Source of the DNA: Naegleria gruberi
Taxonomy: Eukaryota
Direction: 5' to 3' (one strand)
DNA length: 64,000 bases
Assembly (NCBI GenBank): GCA_000004985.1
Contig: GG738848.1
Below, one piece after another: positions 11,001-21,722 of this stretch. Position numbers and translations under genes: made by a program. The number at the start of each line of letters is the position of its first letter. Within the stretch, counting starts at the first letter, position 1. Under the pieces are notes generated by a model. It was not told where the DNA came from. It saw only the letters and a list, made by a program, of their open reading frames with translations, and did not search any database.

Positions 11001-13797
11001 TGAAATATTGAATCTTGTGGCAATAGCAACACCTGTAGATGGTTCAATAGTGATGACATCTGGTATTTTAGGTAAACTCAAAACAGGAATCTCAATAAAT
11101 GTAAAGAAATTTTGTAAACCATTTCTGAAATTCAAATCAACCGTAATTTTTGTAATATCCAATGACTCTAAACTCACAACAGTGCTCAGTGACAATGGAG
11201 GTGACAATAAAATTCCAAATTGATTTCCATTTCCGTTCAACATTCCATTTGAAGATTTCAATAATTGAGTGCTTGATAAACTTCTCAATTTGATTGAGTA
11301 ACTATAACTGAATGAACAATCTTGATAGAGACAATTGAAATCTGAAACTTGAGAATAATCAGATAATGTAATATTGGAAATAATTGCTGATAATTGAACT
11401 TGTTTGGAGGTGTGTAGGTAATAAGTTGGTATTCCATAGGATTCTAGAGATTGAACTGCTCTGAATGTTTGGGAGGTAACCTGTACTACAAAGTCAAACA
11501 ATTGAGATTTGATGGAAGTGTCAATTGTTGTACCATAAAGTGTAAAATAATAGCTACCAGTATTGACATTTGAAAAGTCCAATGAGAAGGAATCAGTACT
11601 TTGGAATGTAGTTACCAACTCACAATTCAAACATATTAATGTAAACATTAAGTTTTGAATTGGATATTCTGTGGCAGTGACAGTAGCTGTCACAACTTGT
11701 GAATCACCCTTGACAATTAAGGTAGATGATAAGGCTGCTGAAACATGGTAGATTAAAATATTTTGACAAACTGAACCTCCGTAAATAGGAATACAAGAAC
11801 AAACATCAGGAGCTGAACATTGACCATGCCCAGAACAAACAACATCTGACACTGAGGAATTTCCATAACAATTGAAGGATTGACATACGTCTCCATAATA
11901 ACCAGCTTGACAGAAACATTTGGTAGATGTCAAGGCCAATCCACCATGTGTACATTGATTAGAGATAGTTTGAGGAACATCATCGCTCAGTAACATACTC
12001 AAACTAAACTGGAATGAAGTTTCTAATGATTCTGAATTGTAATCATAGAAAGAAAGCTTAAACTGATAAGCACCGGCAATATCATAACTATTAAAACTTC
12101 CTTCAAGTGAATATTTCGAATAATTGTAAAAGTTTCTATCAAAAAAATGTTCGAAAGAATTCACAGAGAAACTCTGCACAATAGAACTTGTGGAATTTGT
12201 GTAAATTAAACTGCTAATCTCAAAATGGCTCTCCAGATATAAATCAACATTGACTTTTAGATTGGAATCGAATGAAACTTGGAAATTATTTGGATAGACT
12301 GAGAAATCAAAGTTTTGATTGTCAACAGTCAAAGATTGTGAAATACTTTGAGTGATCATCCACAAGTTAACACTCACAGTCGCATTGTATATATAGTTAT
12401 AACACAAATCACCATGAAAATGACCATCTTGATCAACATATTGAGCTGACAGCGAAATGTCAAGTTTCCAATAATTTCCAAAGGTTGTCTTTCTCACTGA
12501 CGAACTTTCCAACAGTGTACTCAAAGGAATATAATTAGATGTATACGATTGTGTCAGCTCAGTGTCATTCTTTTCTAAAAGTGTCAATTTGATAGATTTC
12601 TCTTCATGATAATTCATACAACCTGTCAAATCATAACCAGAATCATCAGAAAAGAATAACTGATGAGTGTACACATCTGATCTTCCATAATAGGCAATAA
12701 ACTTAATACCACTTCCATCTGGTGAAATAATTCCAGTAATGTTCACATTAGGATAATAATCAATGTCCATAGTTGAGTTGGTTGAGTTATTGTTTGTGGA
12801 ATTATTGTCAATGATTTCTTCGTAGAGTTTGAAGAGTTCTCGTTTGTGAGTGGTACTTGGTTTGGAATGTTGTATTTCGTCTGAATCGTCCATGATAGTT
12901 TTCAATTTGTTATTCGAATCGACCATACGAAGAGAACCAGTTCGTGAAATGTAGAAAATTTCTTCTTCGCCCCAAACTGGAGAAACTCTCAACTTCATAA
13001 CATCTAGGAAGGCATGTTTAGCAAGAGTTTCGTCTGGCGATTCATCGTGATACTTGTTCAATCTCCCACCAATAATATCAAAAGTCAAATCTGGTTGAAT
13101 TCTCTTAATAAAAGTTCCATCAGAACAATAAATTATTCCATGTTTGATGTCAAATGTAAAATAACCAAAAGCTGTTTACAAAGTTCAGTAATAATACAAT
13201 TATTCGAAACTTACTTCCTTTCACATCACGAATAGTACCATCTTCAATCTTTCTAATCAAATTTGTTCTGTAATCGTAGAAATAAATGGTTTCACTCATT
13301 GCGTCTTGAGCCACATGTCCAGGTCGAATACATTCGTCATCATTAGTTTCGTCCTGACATTCATATTTGCTTCCAGCGAGAATGACTTTGTATCCTGAAA
13401 GTAAACGTTTCTTGATGTGATTTCCAGTCGAGTAAATAATTTCATCATATTCAGTCATAAAAAAACTCTGAATTGTTTCTACACTTTCCTCTACAAGAAT
13501 TGACGAATCTCCAAATAAACTAAGCGAACGAATTTGTGTCTTGTTGTGAAGATAAAGCACATGTTGATTCTCCCCGCTTCCATCCACCAACTCTGATATT
13601 TTACATGCCTCTCCACATTCAAATCTTGCAACAATATTGTTATCCTTTAGTTTACGAATTTCTTCTCTATTCGAAACCAATAATTGTCCTTCTTTAGAGA
13701 ATGTGAAGGTGGTGGCAGTTGACTCCACATGGCTGTGCACCAACAACACCAACAACCAAGAAAATACAACCAAGATGCTCAAACAATTGCTTGCCAT
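8055..13797 (-). CDS. Adhesion-GPCR-like receptor with C-terminal RGS domain (signal peptide, beta-propeller-like N-terminus, EGF-like Cys repeats, S/T-rich stalk, GPS motif, 7TM, RGS); 2 exons
   Basis: Exon 1 is 13215-13797, from ATG; N-terminus MASNCLSILVVFSWLLVLLVHSHVES is a signal peptide. A 43-nt GTAAGT…AG intron lies at 13172-13214 (phase 1). Exon 2 is 8055-13171. EGF-like CFCQAGYYGDVCQSFNCYGNSS…CSGHGQCSAPDVCSCIPIYGGSVCQ. GPS-like CKFWDETCKNWKTKGMLFIGLTANQVNCSSNHTTKFSTFIEY immediately before seven hydrophobic helices. C-terminal FEKFCQSEFSTENIYLYDYLLN…FSRFITSQLYDDFLKQK matches the RGS-box consensus. Confidence 0.75.
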
Positions 13798-14221
13798 ATT
13801 TTTTGTTTGTTAAATTATAACGAATCGTCTGCTTTCGAATATTTTTTCATCTTTCCCCAACTTTCAAGAGACCATACTTCTTTAAAAGGCTTGTAACTCA
13901 AAAAATATGAGTTCAAATAATTTATGACATTTGTTAGTGACATGCCAAACATGACAAGCAAACTAAAGTTTCTATTGAAGTATGTCATCATATCAACGGT
14001 ATTGATAGAATTTTGATCTTGTTCATTTGTGTTCACCTTGTTTTTAATACCTTGACAACTCATGTGAAAATCTGTTATAACAAATATGATGTTTGATATC
14101 TATTGGTTTTTTTCTATTTAAATGGTTGTATTAAAAGACAGATTGAATTTATATTAAAAATATTGGGAAATTTCCTAAACTGTTCAATATCTTGGCAAAA
14201 AGTCAAAAAGTTGAATCTGGA

Positions 14222-14612
14222 TGCGTCGACCGGGAATTGAACTTCCTTTTTTGGAATATTATATTTAATATTTAAATAGTTTACAATATTGAATAATGAA
14301 ACAATGTGTACATGTGTTGAAGTAGGGTACCCGTGAATCGATTCACCATATATAGAAGGGTACTATTCAATAAAGAACAACAAAAACAACAACAATAACA
14401 GTATTATTTGATACCGGGAGTCGCTTTTCCTTTTTGGGAATGCTGTGTGGTGCAGTTGGGTGGACGCAATACAATTTGTTAAAAAAATAAAAATAATAAA
14501 AATGAAATTGGGTAACGGGAGACGGTTTACTATATATGGAACATTCAAACATACAATTGAACCCGGGTCACGGCGATGGCAACGCCGTATTCTACCACTA
14601 AACCATCGACGC
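14222..14612 (-). pseudogene. tRNA-Gly(GCC) gene split in the T-loop by a 312-bp insertion (14243-14554) flanked by an 8-bp direct repeat GTTCAATT
   Basis: Minus strand 14612->14555 reads GCGTCGATGGTTTAGTGGTAGAATACGGCGTTGCCATCGCCGTGACCCGGGTTCAATT: acceptor stem, D arm, GCC anticodon loop and T stem/loop. Minus strand 14242->14222 reads GTTCAATTCCCGGTCGACGCA: T loop, 3' T stem and 3' acceptor complementary to the 5' acceptor. Joining the halves at the shared GTTCAATT gives a canonical 72-nt tRNA-Gly. Confidence 0.8.
14243..14554. mobile_element. Insertion of unknown class inside the tRNA-Gly gene (312 bp, 8-bp TSD GTTCAATT; internal palindromes)
   Basis: Bounded by duplicated GTTCAATT, one copy in each tRNA half. 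It has an A-rich end (…attccaaaaaaggaa in tRNA orientation) and internal palindromes gtgaatcgattcac and gggtaccc. ccatatatag and ctatatatgg occur as a reverse-complementary pair. No ORF. An 8-bp TSD suggests hAT-like, but a SINE-like retroposon cannot be excluded. Confidence 0.5.
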
Positions 14613-15061
14613 TTCACATTCACCCAAAATGTATTTTTCATACGTGATGATTTTCTGTAAAAAGCCCAGGCTGAGAGGTATCTTTTTAAAAGCAATTTGT
14701 GTACGAAAAGGTGAACTCTACCACCACCTTAATAAAAAATTTTAAATTATCCGTGCTGACGAGAATGAATATAGGAATATTTCAACCTTAAATGTTAATC
14801 TCCAATATTCTAATTTTCCTCATTATTGGCAATAATTTACTACTAATCACCATAAACTTGAAAATGTCGTCTTTTTGATGATTTGGACCAGCAATTATCT
14901 TCTTAATTTCGGGATATTTTGTTTATAGATATTGTCCACTACATTTTGAATTGTACGTACTTGCTCTTAATAAGGTTCCATATAAATTAATTATAAAATT
15001 AAAAGGTCGACGATTATACAAAAGAACCACCTAGTTTGGAGATTTGAAAACACTAAAAAGA

Positions 15062-18000
15062 ATGAAAGAACCCGTCCAAAAATTGTCGCAGCATCAGCAT
15101 AATTATCAAGCACTTTATCATCTTCGGATTAATCATATGAAATTCTTATTCACCCTTATTAAAATCATTATACTAGCAACAACAACAATAATATTATTGA
15201 GTAGTAGTAGTGACAGGTTCTTATTAGTGGTTCTCTCGAGTAGTACGAGTGGTATTATCAATATTTCGCCGAAAAATCCACAACTTGACTCGGTGCAGTG
15301 GAATGATGAGAGGGAAATTTGGTTTGCACAATCTTGTCCTCTTTCTGGATCGAATAAGAGGTGAGTATTTTCATCACCATCATTGATAATTAATTTTTAT
15401 ATATTATTGATCTGTTTCAACGCTTGCAAATGAACTGTTCACTTCCTTAATATATATTACAACATCATTAATAATTTTTAACTGCTTGCACACATGTATA
15501 TAAAAGATTGGGCATTGAAATGAGGGATGGAATATTGGCTGCCTTTCATGAAGCCAATTCAATAGGAGGCATTTGGGGCTCTAAGAAATTAAAACTATTA
15601 ACTTTTGATGATGCCTACGAACCAACCAATACTAAACAGAATACCGACTTTTTCCTATACAATATAACACCACCGAATACTTCCCTTAATTATGAATCCT
15701 ATTTTTCACAGAATTCCCAATACAGAGAACAGATGAAGAATGTGAAATTGTTTGGATTGTTGGGATTTGTGGGAACACCAACAACTCAGGCTGTATTTGG
15801 AGATGTCGTTTCGAATTCCTTTCCTTTGATTGGGCCTTTTACTGGGGTTGGTTGGCTGAGAACACCATTCTACCCGAATGTTATTAATGTGAGAGCTTCC
15901 TACGATGATGAAACAGCTGCTATGGTCGACTGGCTGATAAATGTCAAGCTCATTAGAAAGATTAGTGTCATGTATCAAGCTGATAGTTTCGGTCAAGCTG
16001 GTTTGAATGGAATTAAACGAGCTTTGGTCGATTATCTCAAAATACCAATTCGCTCCATAGGTAGCTATCCAAGAAACACTCTTCAAGTAGAAGATGCATT
16101 TGCTGAAATTGGTAAAGGTTCACCTTCAGCAATAGTTTGCATTGGAACTTATGCTCCTCTGGCTAAATATATCAAAATGGTAAAGAACATGGCATTTGCA
16201 ACGAATGGAAATAATAATGGATATGAAAATGCTCAGGAAATAATCATCCTGACTGTTAGTTTTGTTGGTTCTTCTGCTTTGGTAAGTGAATTGCAGTCAA
16301 GCGCCCCAATTTCAAACAAGTTTGGCTCAAGTTATTATACAGACAATGTGGTCATTACACAAGTGGTTCCTTCACCATTTAATTTGAGTTATCCTATTGT
16401 GAGATCCTATCAAAAGGCAAGAAAATCATACATACTTTCGAATAATCCTTCGGCTAATCTTTCAGATTTTGTTCCCTCTTTCATAGAACTGGAAGGATAC
16501 ATTGTAGGAAGATTTGTAAACAGTGTGCTACAGAAAATGTCTGGAAATTTGACCAGATCAAACTTTTTAGCGACTTCCTATTTTGGAGGAAGTAGAGCTG
16601 ATGTTACAATTGCAGATTCTTCAATAGGAGATGCATCTGGAGGGGTTTTCAATTTTGATGGAATGCAATTGGGACCTTATAGATGGTGTGACTCAGTCAA
16701 TCTGATCGATATGAATTTACCTTATTCTAATGGTTTCGTATTACCAAGTCAAACTTCGGCCAGCAATAGCAGCGCATGTTCTTCTTTCAATTGTAATCAA
16801 GGAATGAAAGTTGTGTACAAGAGCTCTATCGACATCAAAAACTCCTCAGTTTCCTTTTCTGTATTTGGTGATTTATTTTCTTGGTATAATTACAAATCTG
16901 GAAGCTATTGCATTTCAGATCCAGTTCTTGTAAAGAAACCTCTTTTATTTGGCCAATCAATTAATACAGCATCAGGTGATTTCACTGAAGAACTCATGTT
17001 AAGAAAAGGAATTCTGGCTGCATTCGCTCTTCACAATCAAGGATTGACGTCAAATCAACAAAAATTAGAACTCTTAACAATGTATCATTCAGGAACAAGT
17101 GAAATGTTGAAGAATACGAAGGAATTTGTAGAGATTCATCATGCTCTTGGATTATTAGGATATTCTTCAACTAATTTGAATGTTGACATGTTGTCGAAAG
17201 CAATGACAGACAATTCATCTCAACTGAATGGTATTGCATTGGTGGGAACTGCTTCTACTATTAATTCGATGGATTTCAGATCAAGTTTCTTCCAAAATAT
17301 TATTCACGTTCATAGTTCCATTTTAGAACAATTAGGAACTATTGTGGATTACTCAATTAACACTCTAGGTAGAACAAGAATATCCATTGTTTATAGTAGG
17401 AATCAAGATTCGATGGCAGCTTATTCGATTCTTAACGAAATATTGTCAAGTTTAGATTTAAAACTTGATTCAGAATCGTGTATTCAAAACGAAACTTTTA
17501 TTTCAACTGATACAATCATCAGCGATCTATCTTTGAATGGAGCTAATCCTCAAATCATCATCTTTGCATTCCCTTCAAATGTAAATAATATTGGATCAAT
17601 CATTTCTTCCATTCAACAAACTTTTTCAACAGAACCAAAGTTTAGAAATGAATTGACCATATTTATGATCAATTCATTCTTTAAAGAAAATGTAGAGGTT
17701 GAAATATTACCTTGGATTTCATCTCCCAAGTTGGATAATGTCAAACTAATGTACGTGTCACATGTTCCATCCATAAATGGAACAGCTCACATTTCCATTG
17801 AAAAGTTTAAGGCAGCTATGGAGCTCTACTCTCCAGATCTTTCAAATTTATACAATACCAAAGTGTTGGAAGGTTTCTTTATAGGAAGTTTCATCAGTAC
17901 AATTATGGAAAATCTTGGAAATGAACCAACAAGTCAAAATTTAATCGAAACTATTTATAAGGTAAAGACATTTATCAATTTCCAGACTACTTTTGGTGCA

Positions 18001-20532
18001 TTTTCAGAGTCTTCCACAAGTCCATGTAATTTGGGAATGAGAATGAGTTATATTTATGGGCTTTCGAATAGTGGAGTTTCAGAGATTGCCACGAGAGATC
18101 ATTCTTCAAATTGTGGACTACACAGCTATGTTTCAACAAGAACTTCTGTCATTCACAGTAAGATAGATAGACCAATCTTACTTGGAAGATTAATTCCATA
18201 CAAAAAGGATGAAAATTCATTGCAAAATAAGATTGAATTGCTGAGTGAAGTTTCGACAATTGACATGGATGATTATGCCAGAGGATTGACTACCTATCTA
18301 AGTTATTTATCCTCAAAACAGTCTTACCAAAGTGTCAAGACCAAGAAAATCCACTTACTCACCGAGTATTACAGTTTAACCTCAAGTGGCAAAACTTTTT
18401 CGGACAAGTTGACAGCTCTCATCCAAAAGAATAAGATTTTCGCTCTCGTTGGTTCCATCATTAAATTCGACGAATCTACACTTAGCACTAATGACAAAAT
18501 AGATCAAATCTCCAAAATCCTTTCGAATAACAATATTCCACTCATTGATTCTCTGACAGGAAGTATTCGAATGAGGAAACCTTTTTCACAAATGTTTGTA
18601 AACATTGGTCCTTCGTTGTTGGATCAAGGAATTGCTTTTATTAATTATGCAAAGAGTAGATTTGGTCAAATTGCAATTGTTTATCAAGATTCAGAGTATT
18701 GGAAAGGAGCTTTGGATGAGATTGTAAACTTTTGTAGAATTGAATCGATTACAATAGGTCAATTGAGAGCTATAGATATTTTCAAGTCAATATCAGATCA
18801 AACAGATCATTTTGAGTCATTTTTGAAGGAGAAGGAAGATGTGGCTATATTTATTTTGGCAAATGACGTTCATTCAGCTGAAATTGTTAAATTGACATCT
18901 GTCACACACAAGGCAAATAGTTTTACTAATAATATCTTGTTTGGAATTCCTGTAGAGTCTGCTACCATTGATTTTGAAAGTGCAGTGATGAGCTGTTCCT
19001 CCCTTAGAAATGAAACATCTCCCTTGATTAGTAGTTTCGTTTCTGGTAAATCAGATTCTGAACTAATGTCAATTGTCAGCTCTTACATTTCATCAAACAA
19101 GTTATTAATTACCAAATCCATGTATTCACCCAACTACATCTCCCAAACTCATGATCAATACTCATTTTCCACAAGATTTTACACTCAATTTGCTGAATTT
19201 TCAAATTACCCAAAAGCAAATTATTTCACATTCGAAGGATACGTGATGGGTTACTTTATAGACATGATGATGGGTAGTATCTATCAATCTCAAGGTATAT
19301 CTGATCAAATATCTGATATTGCCTCTCAAGATTTATTAGACGCAATTTATTCAAATTCAGTTTTTGATATAATCTTTAAAAAGATTGGTCCTATGGGATA
19401 TACATGTTCTAACAATACAGAGGCAAGATCTACATGTGAAGATTCTTCCACTTTGGTTGTTGGTTGTGGGTGCAATCAGGGAGCCAAAGCGGTCTATTTG
19501 TCTGGATTGGCCAATTTCACACTTTCTTATAATCAAACTAATCTCAATTTCTTTGACATTTCTGATTATTCCCTGACTTTCAGAACATGTGGAGTTGAAG
19601 CTGTCGTTCCTTCCTTGTCCATCATTGCCATTATTTTCATTGTCATTGGTTCCTTACTCGCTGTATTTATCCTAATCCTTTCTCCAATTCTGAGCTATCG
19701 TTATTACATCTCCAAAAAGGCAATTAAGCATGCACCAACTTCCAAGAATGGTAAATTAGCTTGCTGTTTCACTGATGTCCAAAACTCTACCGTTTTGTGG
19801 CAATCCAATGAAAAGGCAATGAGAGAAGCTTTAGTCATTCACAATCAAATAATGAGACGAAACTTGGAATTATGCAATGGATTTGAAGTCAAGACCAATG
19901 GTGATAGTTTCTTTGTAGTTTTCAAAGATCCAGTCGATGCACTTGATTGGTGTGTCTCTGTCCAACATGATTTACTACATGCCAAATGGCCAGCTGATTT
20001 ATATAGTATGTGGGATTGTAGACCTGAATGGGATGAAGAAAGTAGACGAATGATGTGGTCAGGGGTGAGAGTTAGAATGGGATTACACTATGCACAGGCT
20101 GATTATGTCTTTGATAAGGTCATGAAGAGACCTGATTATTTTGGAACTTGTGTGAATACTTCTGCCAGAGTGGAGGCAATGGCCCATGGTGGACAGATTT
20201 TAGTGACTGAGGAATTCTTTTTGGAAACATGGAGGATTATGAAGACATATTTGTATTCGAATGTAAAGTTTCAGGAGCAGAATTATTATGGCTATGTCCA
20301 CGATATAACTTTGGCCATGTCGAATCCGTTATTGAGCCAAACTGCTTCCTTTACGCAAGATTCAAGTTTCAATAATACGAATAATACGAATAATACTTCA
20401 ATGGTTTCTGGAACTCAGAGTTCTTCGAGTGGAAACACTTCAAAAACTCCAAAGAGTACAGATGTTTCCAGAAAGTTAAATCTGAACGCTGCTTCTAAAC
20501 GAAAGAGACCTAAACATGCTGAGATGATTTAG
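15062..20532 (+). CDS. Receptor-type adenylate cyclase: signal peptide, large periplasmic-binding-protein-like extracellular domain, single TM, class III nucleotidyl cyclase domain; 2 exons
   Basis: Exon 1 runs to 15360. In-frame ATGs at 15062 (MKEPVQ…) and 15137 (MKFLFTLIKIIILATTTIILLSSSS, signal-peptide-like). Donor aag ag|gtgagt at 15361, acceptor …ataaaag| at about 15506 (phase 2; junction uncertain by ±1 nt). Exon 2 runs to the stop at 20530-20532. TM region is AVVPSLSIIAIIFIVIGSLLAVFILILSPIL. The cyclase domain KLACCFTDVQNSTVLWQ…EVKTNGDSFFVVF…GVRVRMGLHYAQADYVFD…YFGTCVNTSARVEAMAHGGQILVTEEF matches class III cyclase motifs (metal-binding D, transition-state N/R). Same architecture as trypanosomatid receptor ACs. 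Confidence 0.8.
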
Positions 20533-20561
20533 GTGAATACACGCTCAAGGGATTAGAAGGC

Positions 20562-20951
20562 ATGACTCGTTTATTCCAAATCAAATCTGAACTGATGCAA
20601 AAGAGAGTTTATCCACCTTTGAAGAATCAACCAGAAGCCCTTTCTAAAGAGAATAGTTCAGTTGCTGTCATTCCAACACCAATGGGACCTCAAGACAATG
20701 ACTCGGTTGAAGTTGGACATTTTAAGAAGGTTCACCGATTGAGTAATTCAAATATTGTGAAGAGTTTACCACATTTTGAGATGGAGATGGGCGAAATTGA
20801 AGCTGAAAGAATAACAGATAGTATTCCTTCATTGAGAAGGTCCATGTCGAGGAAAAATCATAATAAGATTATACCAGCTGCTGATGATAATATGGTTAAT
20901 TTGGTGGATGAAAATGCTTCCACGAGAGCAGAGGTGGAAACTGTGAGGTAA
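20562..20951 (+). CDS. Hypothetical 129-aa protein directly downstream of the cyclase stop (could be 3' UTR)
   Basis: ATG-initiated ORF MTRLFQIKSELMQKR… with no recognisable domain. It ends at a donor-like GGTAAAT. There is no GT donor upstream of the cyclase stop that would join it to the cyclase gene. Confidence 0.25.
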   Translation: MTRLFQIKSELMQKRVYPPLKNQPEALSKENSSVAVIPTPMGPQDNDSVEVGHFKKVHRLSNSNIVKSLPHFEMEMGEIEAERITDSIPSLRRSMSRKNHNKIIPAADDNMVNLVDENASTRAEVETVR

Positions 20952-21246
20952 ATTTTTGGAATGACATTGTTGGTGGTCATTGTTTGACAGTTGCAGGCTT
21001 CAAAACCAGCCATATTCCACAGTCAGTCAAAAAGCCTTCCAATTACTTGTTAACAACTGCCACTCTATCAAAATTAAGCGCAGTGTTGGAATAATAATCA
21101 CATTTAAAAAGTCCATCAATGGCTGCCTCAATCAAATTTAAAATGTCCTCAGCGCACATATGTTACTATTTTTAAAAAGCCCATTGAAATAATTCTTAAT
21201 ATTTCAAAACAACAAAAGAAAATACATCAATAAGTTGAAATTTAAA

Positions 21247-21666
21247 ATGAAGGGTTACCATCCAAGATTCTATTATCATGACTACACCTACTATAGACCA
21301 AGAATATTCCCAAGATTCGTCTTTGGTATGCTCGTTGGTGGATTTATTGGCTATGCATGGGGAAGAAACAACAATAACCATCAAGGTGGAAGTGGATGGG
21401 GTAATAGACACAATTATTGGGATTACAATAGAAATAATAACAACAATAACTCAAATCCACAACCTTTCAATAATCAAAGTAATCCAGTTCAATATCAATA
21501 TAATCCTCAACCTCAACAAGCTCAATTACAACAACCATCTCAACAATATCCACAAAATATTCAACCTCAACAAACTCAATTACCACAACCTTCCCATTCA
21601 GTTCATAATCATCCAACTATGAATATCAATTATCCTGAGGAAAACAAACCAACCAATCAAAATTAA
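21247..21666 (+). CDS. Hypothetical small Q/N/P-rich protein with one predicted TM helix
   Basis: ATG at 21247. MKGYHPRFYYHDYTYYRPRIFPRFVFGMLVGGFIGYAWGR is followed by an N/Q/P-rich low-complexity tail (NNNNNNSNPQPFNNQSNPVQYQYNPQPQQAQLQQ…). Confidence 0.4.
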   Translation: MKGYHPRFYYHDYTYYRPRIFPRFVFGMLVGGFIGYAWGRNNNNHQGGSGWGNRHNYWDYNRNNNNNNSNPQPFNNQSNPVQYQYNPQPQQAQLQQPSQQYPQNIQPQQTQLPQPSHSVHNHPTMNINYPEENKPTNQN

Positions 21667-21722
21667 GCTCATTTGCACCAATCAACACAATCAGCATGTA
21701 TATAATATAGCAATAAATTAGT

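Noticed and set aside
8041-13235. Small ORFs inside or antisense to the GPCR-RGS gene (8041-8361 +, 8423-8713 -, 9058-9252 +, 10043-10249 -, 11008-11223 +, 13014-13235 +)
   Set aside because: They overlap a long well-supported CDS and have no domain signal. They are typical six-frame noise.
13815-14063. 82-aa minus-strand ORF immediately upstream of the GPCR-RGS start codon
   Set aside because: It shows no recognisable features and lies where the 5' UTR or promoter of the GPCR gene is expected. Kept out of the feature list.
14556-14612. Initial reading of the tRNA-Gly 5' portion as a 3'-truncated tRNA pseudogene or SINE head
   Set aside because: The missing 3' portion (GTTCAATTCCCGGTCGACGCA) was then found 312 bp away on the same strand with a duplicated GTTCAATT, so the better interpretation is an interrupted full gene.
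14363-14695. ORFs 14363-14695 (-), 14367-14552 (-) and 14445-14660 (+)
   Set aside because: They span the tRNA-Gly halves and the inserted element. The sequence is explained by the tRNA gene plus insertion, not by coding.
15508-20532. Treating ORF-track start coordinates and 'M' as true initiation codons (for example 15508, 13088, 37323, 60368)
   Set aside because: The codons at these positions are TTG, ATT or GTG, so the track evidently uses an alternative-start table. Real starts were taken from the first ATG preceded by a sensible N-terminus or from exon joining. My base-by-base reading around 15501-15540 disagreed with the track frame by one nucleotide, so exon junction coordinates there are ±1.
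20562-20951. Possibility that ORF 20562-20951 is a 3' coding exon of the adenylate cyclase
   Set aside because: The cyclase frame hits TAG at 20530-20532, and there is no GT donor upstream of that stop that would splice into the downstream frame. It is retained only as a low-confidence separate ORF.
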